Shown one piece after another: positions 1-13,757 of a stretch of DNA of 64,000 nucleotides; position 1 is the first letter of the stretch; the number at the start of each line of letters is the position of its first letter. The notes under the pieces were generated by a model that did no database searches, had not been told where the DNA came from, and worked only from the letters and a program-made list of their open reading frames with translations. Source of the stretch: Marsupella aquatica (taxonomy: Eukaryota; Plantae; Marchantiophyta); the NCBI GenBank assembly GCA_973895155.1, contig OZ316895.1, forward strand, positions 7,366,184 through 7,430,183, read 5' to 3'. Both the position numbers and the translations under genes were made by a program.

Positions 1-225
1 ACTCCTGTAATTACCTTGGTGGCCAAAGAATTCTATCAAAGTCTCCAAACTAATTATGTAAAACTTCCGCAACTAAGAATTGTATACTCGACAACGCTTC
101 TTATCCATTGGTCCACAACGAAGGCGCATTATAATTGTAGACTAAGACCGAGCCTACGCACTATAACATGTGCAGGCCCAACTAATGTGAGTACCACCAT
201 CCAAATTGAAACACATCCCATGTAT

Positions 226-558
226 TCATCTCAAAAAAGCTTCCATCTTTGACTCTTCGATCTGAACAGGATAAGCAAGAAGTGACGGGCATGACAAAGA
301 ATCAGGCACCTGATCAGACAGCTCCGTGACATGTAGCCGCAATTTCTTATGACATCTCCCGCTCCAACCGCTTGTCACAAAATGAGACACAATGAGCTGC
401 ACGATGAGGCTGCCAATATTTTGAATGTACATCCTGTCTTCAAGATATCCATCATGACAAGCCCTTGTTGATCCTCCAGTGGAATTACAAGAGCAATCCG
501 TCACAAATCCATCTGTTTGCTTGGTACAGATGACAAAATTTGTTGGCTTCAACATATC
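226..558 (-). pseudogene. possible exon remnants of an unidentified gene
   Basis: Open frame 558-310 bounded by TAG| acceptor and |GT donor (83 codons, phase 0). A pyrimidine-rich CAG acceptor at 262-264 is followed by IEESKMEAFLR and a TGA. No family recognised. Confidence 0.25.
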
Positions 559-3500
559 CTACTATACAACCAAACAAAATGTATAAGACAAAGAAACAAT
601 TTTGCAGAGCTCGTTCAATTCTTTGTATCTCTTGGATGGCTGATCATCGGTTGAAAGTTTCTAAGAGACAATGGTCTTGTTCTCAAAGACTCCTCATTGC
701 ATACTCACTGATCTCAACCTGAAGGCCATTATCAAACCACGTGATGCTAAGGGAGGAGGGTCCTTAGCTTCTTTTGTTCCGGCGATTTTGTTTGGGTGGT
801 TACAAGAATACGGCTACTTTTAATGTTGAACACTATTTATTTTTATAAAATGAAATTTACAAATGTAAATAAAATGATTATGGGTGAATGTTTTTAATCT
901 TGTCCTTTGTATCAATAGGTTTGGATGAATTACTTTTAAGTATTCTTACATTATGTTTTGACGGCAAGGCGTCCCTAAAATTACACAGAAATTGACGCAA
1001 ACAAGATGGAGAGGAGGTTATTCGATGCGCAAACATGGCGCATCTTGTTTCATGCAGATGTTGCTGATGTGGCGCATCGTGGAGCCTGGAAATTTGCAAG
1101 GGACTTCTCATGGGGGTCCGTAAATAATGTGTTTTCAACTCAAAACACTAATTTGTATTGTTCTTTTTCCATAAGTTTACTTTACTTGAATTGGGTAAGT
1201 ATGTGTCCAAAAGTAGCATGGGGTGGGGTCTACTTAGATTTTCTTGTTAGACCCACCTACCCATTATAGCCACATGTCAACTCACATTCAAATTCCAATC
1301 ACCTTGATATTAGAATAGTTTTATGGATGTTAGTGTCATAGACTAGGTGTGGGTGGAAAAGCATCTGTGCCCCAAGCTAGGACTTCGTCTTTATTCATCC
1401 TTTCACTAGATCTCATGGACAGGAGTATTTAGGCTTTAAATCCAAGGGTCATAATGAGTTCCCTCCAAAAGTGCATTTTGTAAGGAGACGATAAGTAAAA
1501 AAAGGCGAGATTGTACATTATAGTGAGTAGATGAATAGATATAGATATATAGATATTCTGCGCATATATATTTTGTGCAAATAATAATAACAGACTACTG
1601 CAGGGCCTCAAATTTTCCCTTTTTCCTGTCTTCCCAACCATTTTGCACTATTTGTAAGTGCAAAGAGGAACAAGAAAACAATATGTAAGCTTAAAGATTT
1701 TGTGATTTTTCTATTTGTGATTTGCAGGGCATTAATTTGCATTATTTAGGCCTCCCTTCTTTGGAGGAGGGGATTAAAAGAGCTAAAATAGTATATCTTA
1801 TGAAAGAGAATAAAATATTTTCTTAGAGATATTGTATTCAGAATCTAATATATTGCATGGCCGAATATTTTCCATTTAACAACTTCTTCCAAGCTTTCAA
1901 CCAATTGCATGCCAACAAAATTGTTGCATGGCCCTTTAATTTTTCCATCCAATTCATAAGATAATTTTCTTGTTTGTTTCAAAAACTCAACTCAAGTTTT
2001 GACTTATGTTACTGTCTTTATTTGAGATTAAAGCCCATCAAAACTTGGGCAACCCCTCCTTTTTGGGGCATGATGTCTCACAATGCCCTCTAACCTGGAC
2101 ATTACCATATTCTTAATCCTTTCTAAGGATATATTTATGTACACTACTGATGGATAGGAGAATGTCCAATCTGCCTACTAATATAGCATACTCATCCTGG
2201 AACATGCTTTATTTTTTGTCTTGTAATGATCTGAAAGTAAATAAAATCTGAGAGCATAGAAGTGCTGTTATATAAGTAAAGTGTCTGCCAAAAAAAGCTA
2301 AGTGACCAAGAAAAGGTACAGTCAAATGATGCTACTATGTGTGCAATTAACTCAGGGTACCTTATGAATGACACTCCTTTCAATAAAAACCATAAACCTA
2401 GGAAAGAAAAACATGAGGAGAACTTAAGAGACTATGCATTCATGTTCTTCAGCATAATTTCTCTCACTCGTGGTGGTGGAGCCTTTGGTTTCATCTCTAA
2501 GAAAACACATAGTGTGAAAGGGGGCTGCCAATATAAGTTCAAAACACTCTAGAATACCTAAAACTAAAGGGGTCTAAAAATTAATTAAAAATGTATGGAA
2601 TACAAAGGCTGCCCCTTGATAAGGCAGATTGAAATGAAAATACATGACACAAAAATCTGAATAAGACAAAATCTGAAATGTGCATTCACCATATAGCAGC
2701 TTCAAATATAGTCAGTTCAAATTTTGAAGAGAGGTAGATCAGGCATGGGAAAGGGTTATCTCGTGATCTGTACCATTGGACCCTCCAATGGTTACAGTCG
2801 ATTCTTCATAAGTGCAAAAGGCTAATTGTTACCGCAAGGTGTCCCGTGGGGTGTCCGGTTCTTCCCTTACCATTTGCATTTGTTTCGCACTGTCTCTAAG
2901 TGCAAGGAATGCTACACTAAACAACAAAGTTTCATGTGAACGCAATATCATCTATAAGGGTATAATTATGTACATTACTACTGGTTTGAATATGTTCAAT
3001 CTGCCTGATTGTCAGTTTTAAAAAGAGGCCAGATCACACACTGGCAAGGGTTATCTAGTGATCTGTAACATTCATTGGACCAGGCGCTCCCATAGCTATA
3101 ACAGGTTCGTCTTGAGTGCAAAGGCTCATTATTAGTGTGAGGTGTCCTTCCTGACCATTTTGCATTATTGTTTGCACTTTTTATAAGTGCAAAGAGGTCT
3201 CCACTAAAGTACAAATATATAAGCACAAAACCCGCTAGCTAGGAGAGTGCATTATTGTCAGCACTTTTTATAAGTGCAAAGAGGCATCCACTAAAGGACA
3301 AATATGTAAGCACAAAATCCTCTAGGAGCATACATGTACACTTATGTGAACTCCTGGGTGGAACTCTTATGGATACACGCATACCATTTTTTACGGGTCC
3401 AGTTAGAGACTCTTGCAAATTTATAAATTCAGAGAAAATTCCACGTCATCCATTCATTCTTATCCGTTGGATTTTACTTATCAATGGTGGAGATTGCACA

Positions 3501-4080
3501 ACGTGTTGTATCACTCGTGTGAGCATTCAAGACACTCGTGTGGCAACTGTGAAGAAAATGTTGGGTTCATTTGCGAGAATGATACACATTCTTTGATGCC
3601 AAATGTAAACAAACACTTGGATAGTACTTTGGGTAATAAAATAAGATAACAAGCTAGTCTTAACCATTGATGTTTGTTGATCAATGATGAGAGTTGTGTA
3701 ACTGGGTTGATGCACAATAAAGTCACTTGTGTAAAAATTGCCATGTGTGCGATAATGGAGGTACGTGCAAGAATAGTAATGTGTGTGAGAAGTATAATGC
3801 ATGTCAAATCTATGCTAGTTGTCACTCAAAAGAGTAATTATTAAATATGGGCCAGTAATGTGGGTCAACTAAGTTGAAGCCAAAATCAACATGGATCTCT
3901 AAAATAAATCATTTTTGTTCTACTCAACCAAATGGACTGAACATTCTCTACGGGATAGAGTAAAGCTGGGGAATCTAGTATTAAAGTTGGAGCTCAAACT
4001 TAGCTCCAAATTGTGAGTTAAAAATATATTGATATGACAATTTATGGTAATCCAATCTCAGTTACGCTAAGCCTACTTAA

Positions 4081-4285
4081 GGATGTGTGCACCTTAATAT
4101 CTTAACTCATAACCTTATCAATTTCAAAGTTACAATTGGGGTCAAATAGTACACCGACCCTTGCGGATGTGTGCACCAGAATGCCTTAACTTGTAACCTT
4201 GTTAAGTTTAAAGGTATAATTGGGGTCAAAAAGTACACCAACCTTCCGAATGTGGGCACCAAGATGCCTTAACTTGTGATCTTCT
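4081..4285. repeat. tandem repeat, ~84-bp unit, ~2.5 degenerate copies
   Basis: Units start GGATGTGTGCACC at 4081 and 4165, and GAATGTGGGCACC at 4248. The two full units also share ATTGGGGTCAAA.AGTACACC. Confidence 0.8.
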
Positions 4286-5663
4286 TAATTTTTAACGTAA
4301 AGACAATGTTATGTTAAGAGTAGAATCAAATGTTGATCTTGCTTTTGCTATTTCTATTGGAAAAGGAATTTCAAAAGGAAATAACTCTCAATCTAAAGTC
4401 TTCTTAAGTATGCCTTTCTTTGTAACAAAGTTCCTTAGATAGACTATCAATATTTACATCTTTTCAGTTGTCAAGATCTGAAAAAGTATTTACAAGTAAA
4501 ATATGAAACTCCAATTTCCAGGTCAAACAGTTCACTAAGTTTAGATCTGAATATCATGTTGCAAATTAGAACTTTTCACTTTCTTTTATCTAGAAATAAT
4601 TATCACAAATCAATGGACTAAGGTGAAATCTTGGAATTGAACAAATATTTGAAATATTTTTATCACAAAATATATTAGCAATCACACTTCTGGACCATAA
4701 GGAGAGAAGAGAAAGAAGGCAAACCTGTATTTCAAGTGTTGTCAAAAAGTTGAGCTTGCTATTGATTATAAAATAATTCGTAAACTCTCCCAAGTTTGTC
4801 TAGCAACCAAGAGTAAAATCTTCATCTCAAGAAAGGGTGAAGAGGGGGGCTCAACCATTGAATTGAAAGGACATTGGGCCACTTCACAACTAATAAAATC
4901 CATACAAACTGTAATTATTAAACAAAACATGCAATGCTACAAACCTACCTGGGTCACATGATGAGAGCCATACAAAAAATACTCTGCCACTTGATGTACG
5001 CCTCCAAGCTTGAATGTCTCCTGTAAACCATACTCCCACCTAGCTTGAAGTATGCTATTAAACCTCACTATGATCACCCTAGGCACACCAAAAGAGTCAT
5101 GAGTTCAACCTACAATCAGCCTCCACAACCACAAATTAGTCCATAAATATTGAACACAACATCACTAATTCTCCTATCCAACCTATTTTTGTTCAGTTTG
5201 TTAGTTATAATCTCTACATAATGGAGAAAGCTACATTTAATAATAAGACAAAATAACATCATAAAGTACAATTGATTACATAATCCACATCATGCAAGAA
5301 AACAAGTGTTCAAAGTCCCATGAAAGTTGGTCTATATGACCTCTCTCTCCAACACCTATGATGATTCTACACTTATGGTTTTTGTCTTTGTTTCCACTTG
5401 CCATGATCATTAGGACATTGATGAGAATTTTGGTTTATTAGCATGTATTAACAAATTGAATCTTCAAACTATGTTGCCCAAGATAATATCATAGATATTT
5501 GCAACTAGTGATTAAATCCAAGCCATCATTTTTCTTGTGGCATCCTTTTATTATTATAGATGAGCTTTAGATGTCATTCTTACCAAAATTAGTTTTTATG
5601 CACATGAATTTAAAATGACAGATTTATAATGCTCCTTTCAATGCACTTTGGCAATCTAACCTA

Positions 5664-6204
5664 CCGTCTTCCCCCGAACACAGCGCCCGGGCGCTATATT
5701 CGAATAGTGAGTCAAGGGGAGTTATATTCGATTAGTGAGCCGTGGGCGTCGTGTTTGAGTTTTGACACTTTGTTTTGGATTTTTGTAACATGTGGCGTTG
5801 TGTTTGAATATTGGCGTTGTGTTTCAAAATTAACGTTGTGTTTGAATAGTGGCATATAATTATAATGGTAAGCACATAATTATAATGTGAAACATATTTG
5901 CTTTCAGTGCGCTCATTGTCGATAACTTTTTGTTTGCTTTCACAATGTCCTCACTCGGACAACATAATGTCAACTTTGAACACTTCATTGTAACGGAAGA
6001 CACTACAGCAAACCCCTCATTCAAACATAGTGCCCAAGTTCGAACACAATGTCATCCCCAAACACAATGCCAAATTCGAACACAGCGCCCGGGCGCTGTG
6101 TAAAAGTGGCGTTGTGTTCGAAGAAAACATGCTTTTTTGTATAAGGACACTAAATTTTCAACTTTCGAACACAACACCTGGGCGCTGTGTTTGGGGGAAG
6201 ATGG
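5664..6204. mobile_element. non-autonomous TIR element (MITE), Tc1/mariner-pogo-like, TA target duplication
   Basis: TA|CCGTCTTCCCCCGAACACAGCGCCC ... GGGCGCTGTGTTTGGGGGAAGATGG|TA; internal AACACA/TGTGTT repeats. Confidence 0.75.
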
Positions 6205-6859
6205 TAGCCTACATATATATACATATATAGAACACTCCTTTCAATGCACTTTGACAATGTGATCTAGCCCATACACAACACTCTATTGAATGCACCATCA
6301 ACCCAAAAAAGAATTGGGCTGGACCCACATACTAGTTTTTGTGTAAGTTTCGTATGGTTGACAAAGATTTAGGAAGACCGTTATGCCCTGATAACAGAGT
6401 ATAGTGGGCCCACACTCCAGAAAAAGAGGGCTTGAGCTCGAGTTTTGAAGAATGCATATAAAGGTCTAAGATTTGTTTATTTCACTATTTATAATAAACT
6501 GAAAGGAGAAATTTCATAATTAAATGACCCAAATCTGGAGTGTGCATTCTTCTCCATGAATCACCTAAAATTCCTAAGAAAAAAATCTGAAAGGGCTTGA
6601 GACTTGGATATACACTCCAAGGTTTAGGGACGGCATGTGACCCGTACTTGAACATCAGATGTCAACTTCTCCAATGTGACAAGAGACAGAGGGGCGAGGA
6701 ATGAGTGAAGGAACATTGTAAGAACAATCAGTGTGTTACTTATTTATTCGGGACTCCATAATAATTGACTAAATGAGAAGAACAGTAGGTAGTACTGTAC
6801 GAGGGGTAGTGGGAGGCTTTACACTCTTCCATGGGAAAATGGTTAATTGTTTTTTAACA

Positions 6860-7320
6860 GGGAAAACCTAGTGGTTCTATTGGAGAATTTGAAGCCCCAA
6901 TGGACCACAAGGTTGGTCTTTGAAACCCCTATGGACCACATTTCCTAAAATTTGAATTTAATACATGATATTCATAAATTCAAATAATTGTTAGTTTTGG
7001 GGAAATACTAGACGAGTAGGTAAGCTAGGCCTCCATCAAAGTGAAAGTTATTTTTGGCCAATTTGGTTGAGTTTTTCTTCACAAGACTTGGAGGGGTGAA
7101 TTGCATTAGTTTTATTTTCACTCTATTAATATGAAATATTTGGGCTTGTGTTTTTTGAGGTCTTCTCTTACTCTAGTTGCCTTGTATGTGCAAAACCAGG
7201 AAATTATATTAATATTCATAGTTATCTGGTCATGGACCCCAAAGTCCCATGGACCACCAAAATGTGGTCCATAGGAGCATTGTGTCCAACATGGTGGTTC
7301 ATCCCGGCTTCAGTTTCTCT
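6860..7320. mobile_element. degenerate inverted-repeat element (possible MULE-like MITE)
   Basis: Left arm has repeated ATGGACCAC motifs and the right arm has GTGGTCCAT; ends GGGAAAAC...GTTTCTC; no clear TSD. Confidence 0.35.
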
Positions 7321-9209
7321 ATTGGACTGTGAGGTTGGCAGTGCAGCCTCCATGGACAGGCAGTAATGACTTGATATGGATGAAAACAATCAAGCAACCA
7401 GAGATTTGTGTATTGATCACTTGTATCAGATAATAAGATTGACCCCTGCTTGGCACTGCTATTCATGGAAATCTAAATCTTTGAAAACCGACAGCAATTG
7501 GCATATGCACCAGGCTTCCAGGTCATCATGTGGACAAAAATATAATGTGTGCTATTTGAGAAAGTTCACGGTTTCCAAGGCAATCCATGGGAGTTGCGCT
7601 AGTCATGAGAGCACTATGTTCACCCTCCTGGCCCATCAGAGCTTCAGTTTTAGTTTTATTGTCCATCTACTAGGTTTCCCTTTGGTCACTTATATGCTTA
7701 TCATCTTACTGAACGAAGTACTGTAGTGAGACAAAGAGAAAATCAATTGTTTCAACTAGAATCTAGATACCAGGGTAAGGTAATGAGGGGTGGATAGCTG
7801 GGGAAGTGGGTGGTGAAGTAGAAAGATGGCCAGGAGGGAGTGGGAAAGAATTACTAGCTGTATAGTACAGAGGAGGGAGGGATCAAGCAGGGATTGTTTA
7901 GTCTATGTAACCAAACTGATGGTCACTAACCCGGCCTGTGCTAAGGAACTGATGAAAAAATAGGGTATGGGACCTGTGGTCCAGCGTGAAGCGTCTAGAG
8001 TGTGACTCAAGGGCATAATTGAAGTTTGGGTGCAGGTGGAAAATGGGTAGGGAGGGCTAGTCTCTGAAAATGACTCAGAGTCTTCATTGTCTCACCTCTA
8101 TTCATGTTCAAAGCTAGAGCGGGCACTCAGGCAAGTTGATTAACTAATTATGATACCTTAGTTTGCTTCCACTGGGAGAATGTCTGGAGCGTCTACCGAT
8201 TAGCGTCGTACATCTGTGGAAGATATCATTTATGGTAACCTCAGGTATCTGCTTCACCGAAAGGAAATCTAGTACTGCTGTAACAATCCTAGCTAGCTTT
8301 CTGTCAGTTGCTGCACAAATTACAACTTGGGTTGATCCTCACAGACAAGAAGTACTGTACGTGTTGTAAACTCGTTGAGATACTACAGATATTTCACTAA
8401 ACTCCCCTTAACAGAAACTGTGCATAATTATGCAGTCCATATCTGAAGCTACACTTTGGTACAGAAATAAAATAGTCTGTCGCTTATTTCAGTTCGATCA
8501 TCACATTGCATGTCAGTTTCTCAACTGCAGTTAAGTGTGCAATCCTATCTCCTAGCCATTTAGCCCCTGGCTGGTCTGCACAACGAAACCTTCTTTATTA
8601 AATTGATAAAGGGACACAAGTCATTTCGGTCGAAGAATTATCACCTCCTTGCCTACACAATTTTCCCTCACACAACCCAAGTTATTCAAGGGAACTCTAC
8701 AACTTACCGTGATAACTAAGTCCACACACAACTTGACTGGCATCGGAGAGAGAGATAGTTTTAGACAATGTCACTAGCTTGACCCTGCGAGTCAGGGCAA
8801 TAATTTAAATAAAACCATATGTAACCCCGTCTATAACGCCCTGTCTGAACTGCCCATCTATGGACCCATCTGTTCCTGCTGCGTGGATATACCTTGATTG
8901 GCGAAATGTAGTCATTTGTCTCTGCGCGCATCTCTCTAAGCGCGGAAGCATTAAGGTCTACAAATCCTCGCCGATCGATCCTGTTGTAATATTCTAGAAA
9001 ATGCCGTGAAGCACATCGAAGCATGGAGGTAAACACTCTACTAATGGTGTGAACTCTGAGCCGATCTGGATACAAAGAACTACTCTGGCATGAAAGTGTC
9101 TCCGCAGGAATTTATTTCCTGTCAATTCATATATGGACGAGCCGATGCACGTACGTCACCCTAGCCTCTTTCTCATCGATCTCCAGAATAGTGATCCAGA
9201 AAGCCCTGT

Positions 9210-9473
9210 CTAGGCCCTCGATCGCGGCTCGTCTTCGTCCTCTGCGACGTTGTTGGCAAGTTTGCGCTTGGCTGCGGCCTCCTTTTCCTTCATAACAAGT
9301 CTTTTCAAATAGTAGTATCTGGCATATCCAATGAGGATGAGGATGATGATAACAACTAGCACAGAAATGACGATCAAACTCATTGAGCTTATCTTGCCCC
9401 CGGTTTCCTCGCCAGGAGGGGCGAGAGGTGTGCTTGGACTGAGCAGCGCTCTCCGTAATCTATAACTGGCCAT
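9210..9473 (-). CDS. putative small single-pass membrane protein (87 aa)
   Basis: ATG-initiated ORF with a ~20-aa hydrophobic segment (LIVISVLVVIIILILIGYA), then basic residues (positive-inside rule) and a charged tail; lies in a CpG-retaining region. Confidence 0.55.
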   Translation of the reverse strand: MASYRLRRALLSPSTPLAPPGEETGGKISSMSLIVISVLVVIIILILIGYARYYYLKRLVMKEKEAAAKRKLANNVAEDEDEPRSRA

Positions 9474-12400
9474 CGGATTGAATGAAGTCTAATTAAATCA
9501 AAATCAGTGAAGCTCGATCTCCTTCAATCTCCTTGGTCCTCTATGTCACAATCATCCCACGTGGACACACTAGCTGAAGGATCTGTACATGTTCCACGGA
9601 AATATTCACAATTGAGCAACTCGAGAATTGCTCTACATACACATTCTGCAAGCTAAGATTACTCGGAAAATTTTCTCTCTCGATTATGCCCGATGGTTGC
9701 GTTGCAATGAATTGAACTCTCCTGTTCTCTTATTCTCCACCGCAATCAAAAGTGGCCTCATGCACAAGACTAACCCTCATGCAAATGACAAGGGAACTGC
9801 TCCCTCGAAAGACATGATTCGTCGCGCGCCTCCAGGTGATCAACAGCCTTGCGAAAGAAGTTGTGTGCTTAAAAGTGGCATGGCATGCAGTAGTGAACGC
9901 TCCTCCTACAGTCACCTGCAAATTCCGAATTGATACAACAGTCTCCGGCTCCACGATCGATGTTCATACAATCCTGGCGGAGGGTGATCAAGATATCAAG
10001 AGCTCGCATACAGATCGACGGACCACACCTACTCCCAGACTACTGTAACTCGCCTTCAGTGTCACGGCCTCGATGCTCACTTGCTTCGATTTCTCAGTAG
10101 CTTTCTATTTAGGAACTCGGGAGACATTGATCGCAACTTGCTATGCTCCTGATGGACGAAAATCTCAAGGGAACAAACCTCCTAGCTTGCGTCTGGACCA
10201 GACTGTCTGTAGTTTTTAAAAATCTGTTTCTACAACTAAAGTGCAGTATGAGGACAAAGTGGAGTCATTTGTAGTACAACTTTTCCTTAGATACACGAAT
10301 CAGGACATCATTGTGCTCGACTGGTGTTATCTATCAGAATGTTTCTAGTTTCAAAGTACTTTATTGTTCGCTCCGGGGCGGGGTTTTCTGGGAGAGAGTC
10401 AATTCGTTTGTGACGAGCTTGGAATCAAGGGAGATATTGATGCATATGATTGTATGAACTTGATGGAGTAGCTAATCTCGATCAATTCGACAGCACCTTC
10501 TCACTGTGGTGGAGACTGTTTGAAATCATAATCTCTTGTAATTAACATAGGACAAGTCTAGGCGTGGCAGACTAGGTCATAATTATCTAGTACCACTTTA
10601 GTATGCAATCCAAACGCAACGAGTAAACAAAATGTAGCCGTCAATGCTTTCGAGAGATTTTTCTAGTGCAAGTGTTGGATATTTTTAGTTGAATTGTCTA
10701 TTTATAACGGTGCCCAAGAGGGGTTCCAAAGGGAACACAAGCAAAAATTTGGGAAGACCCAAGAGCCAGAAATCCCAGGGGTCCTCAAGGCAAAAGAACT
10801 AAAGTCAAAGAACTAATGCCCTGGTGAACAAGGAATGAACTACTGTAGAAAGCTGGTAGAGCTCAGGATTAACCTACATAGGAGGGTTACCAAGAAGGAT
10901 TTGACTAGAGGCTGTACAACCAACTGAACATCTTGGGTCTAAATAGGATGCTGAACGCTTCAGCCCTCTGTTGAACAATTGACACCCCCTATCAAAAGAA
11001 GCTAATGATGGAGGATCAAATTGAGGGGATAAGGCCTCCTCTCTACACAAAAAACTGCACTAGCCAGGATTAAAGAAGTGGTGAAAGGTAGGGTGAAGAG
11101 ACCCAACGACCTCCAAAGCTAGCGGAGGAACTTGGTGGAAGTCATCAACGTCCACAACTCATGGTTGTGGAGCCAGTTTGAAATCACAATCTCTAGTAAG
11201 CTAGGACAAGTCTACGCTATAGACTAAGTCATGATTATCTACCACTTCAATAGGCAATCCTGCATTCCAAGGACTAACTCCTATTAGTGACTTTCAGAAG
11301 AGGACTATCATAATCTCCTGTTAGAGTCCTCTCAGTTATAGGGGATTGTCCAGGATAAAGCCCAATGGTAGGCCTGCTTTTCTAAGAATATAATTGCCCT
11401 CATGAAACAGCTTTAAAATGCTCAAAGCACCACTTGGCTGATTCTTGTTTGTGGAATGTTTCATTGGTACTTCTAGCTGAAAACCTACTTAGGGTTATGA
11501 TGAGTTTAGAATAACTTTTATACTAGTTTGACACCTTACCTTGAGGCTCGATATATATCAACTATCAAAGAACAAGATCGAAGCGCCCAGTGACGAGACA
11601 GGATACCAATAGCAAGAAACCCAGTAAAGGAGAGAAAACAGCTGAAGGGAAAAATCCCAGAAGTTAGACCACAGAGCTAGAAAGCCCACAAGCCCCGATA
11701 CGGAATACCAGATACCCAAACAATTGTGAAAAAGTTAAAGATTTACTGAGCATCAAACTTATAAGCATAGTAGAGGTGTCCCAGGATACCTTTATTAAAC
11801 AGGTCGAGTACTTAAAACCCAGACAGTACAGTCTAGTGTGCTTAAGTGCAGTTTGTGGTTAATTAATTGCAGGCCCCGTGTAACCTCTCCTACTATTACA
11901 GCGCTTTCCTTTGGAAAATGCACCAAAAAACGTACTGTATATAAGTGCAGTCCATCTATAAGTGTACAAATCCTCAATGAATCGCTCGGAAATGTACTCC
12001 CTCTTGACCAGAAGGCATATGTCCGTCACGCAATGCTGCTAACTACTTCTAAAATGCCCCTACAAAAAGCTTTCGTGCTACAACCCACACTGAATCAATG
12101 GTACATATCGAATTATCCCGCAAAAATGTATCTAGATTGCATTGTAAAGTGCAGCCAAAATGCATATGCGGTTGCTAGGGCGGTTAGCCATGCAACGTAT
12201 TGGTAAGCAGCGCATCTATCAAACAATAGTAATTTCATGCATTGACTAGTTAAATTCAGGTTCAAGATATGATGAGTCAGCTGCATGTGACCTGACAACA
12301 CATATGAGAAAGTTCGTAAGTGATTTCTGCACTTATTGGGTAGTGCAACAATATATACACATGCGTAAAAGTACATCAAGCATATATAGTGTCCATTATA

Positions 12401-13757
12401 ACAAAGTACATATACCTTCGCTAAGTGCAGGCTCGGGGATCTTCGCGGGAGCCTGCAGGCACTTCAAGTTGGTGGACTCTACCTGCCAATACTGGTTCAC
12501 ACTTTACACATCTGCCCCGAGCTAGATAACTACATTGCAAATTACAAACCAAAAATGCAGGGAGTACTTTAAAGCTAAGACCAGCAACACATTTATAGCT
12601 TGGATGTATCGTCCGTCATTCAAAACAGAGTGAAAGAATCTGTTGAAAAGCAAATCCTGCATGAAGGCGCACGAGGAAGTACAGGGAAGTGTAGATTCGC
12701 CGTTCAGGGAGAGCTAGCTACATCGATCACAACTCATCGAACAGTTCTCTTGTCCGTTGTTTTCTACGTTGTAATTCACCTTTCCTTTGACTCAAGCAAG
12801 GAGGTCATTCCTTCGAAGTTTAATTTAAAGGAATCGCAGCTAGACTGCCTGCTTTGTTTTTCCGTCTCTTCCAGTATAATTCACGAAGACGTGTCGCTCA
12901 ATTATTCTATTGGTCGGTTACGTTGAATGCAATCCGAACTTGATTTCGATGTTGTATACGTAGCCGTTTGACTTCTACCATGTTCACTTGTATATATAAT
13001 TGAGTTTCCCTTTTTGAACTGTAAGTAGAATCGGGTGTTCAAGTTCATGCAAAGAACGCAGCTGAAATATCTTCCACTCTTCGATGTTTCGTTGAGGTCG
13101 CTGAGGGATGGTTCACTCATTTCAGGGCCGGTTGAAAGTTTCCGTCAGCGAAACGAATAAGAGCTCCTACAGTATTGTCACCATTCTCGATCAGAAACAA
13201 TTCCACACCAAGAAATCAGATTGATTTTGTGGCGGTGATTGAATGATGCATGCACGCTCGCCAATTTGGACTCTTAGCAGTGAACTGGGGAATTGAACCT
13301 GGATGATCACATCGATGCGCTCCGTTGAACTGAACAATAGATATGTGGAGGAGATCTGATCCAGCAAGCGCAAGGACCCATCAGAGAAGAAGCATACCAG
13401 CTTGGATGCAGAGATCATCAGTCAATCATCGCTACTGCTAGATTCGAAGCTGGTCGAATGTCCATCAAGATGTGATCCTCTCTGCTGTTTAGCCCGTCGT
13501 CAAGTTTTCGGCCGCATCGAGAAATCGAAAGCACTACTGTAGTGCAAATTGAGACAGTCGAATGCCTGGCTCGGTTAGAAAGGAGATGGACGAGGTTCTG
13601 TTGAGCACCAATTCGTTTCTGTTTGTACATTGGAAGCTCAATGTCCAGTCAGGTTCGATTGAATACCTTTCTACTGGTGTGCAGTTTCACCTATTTCATG
13701 CACATCAAGATCGAAATTCCACCGGAAAGATCATCATTTTCAGTGGCTAGAATCTAA

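Noticed and set aside
13563-13583. TGCCTGGCTC resembling the miR160 5' end
   Set aside because: Only 10 nt match, no hairpin, and it is explained by the duplicated GT29 exon.
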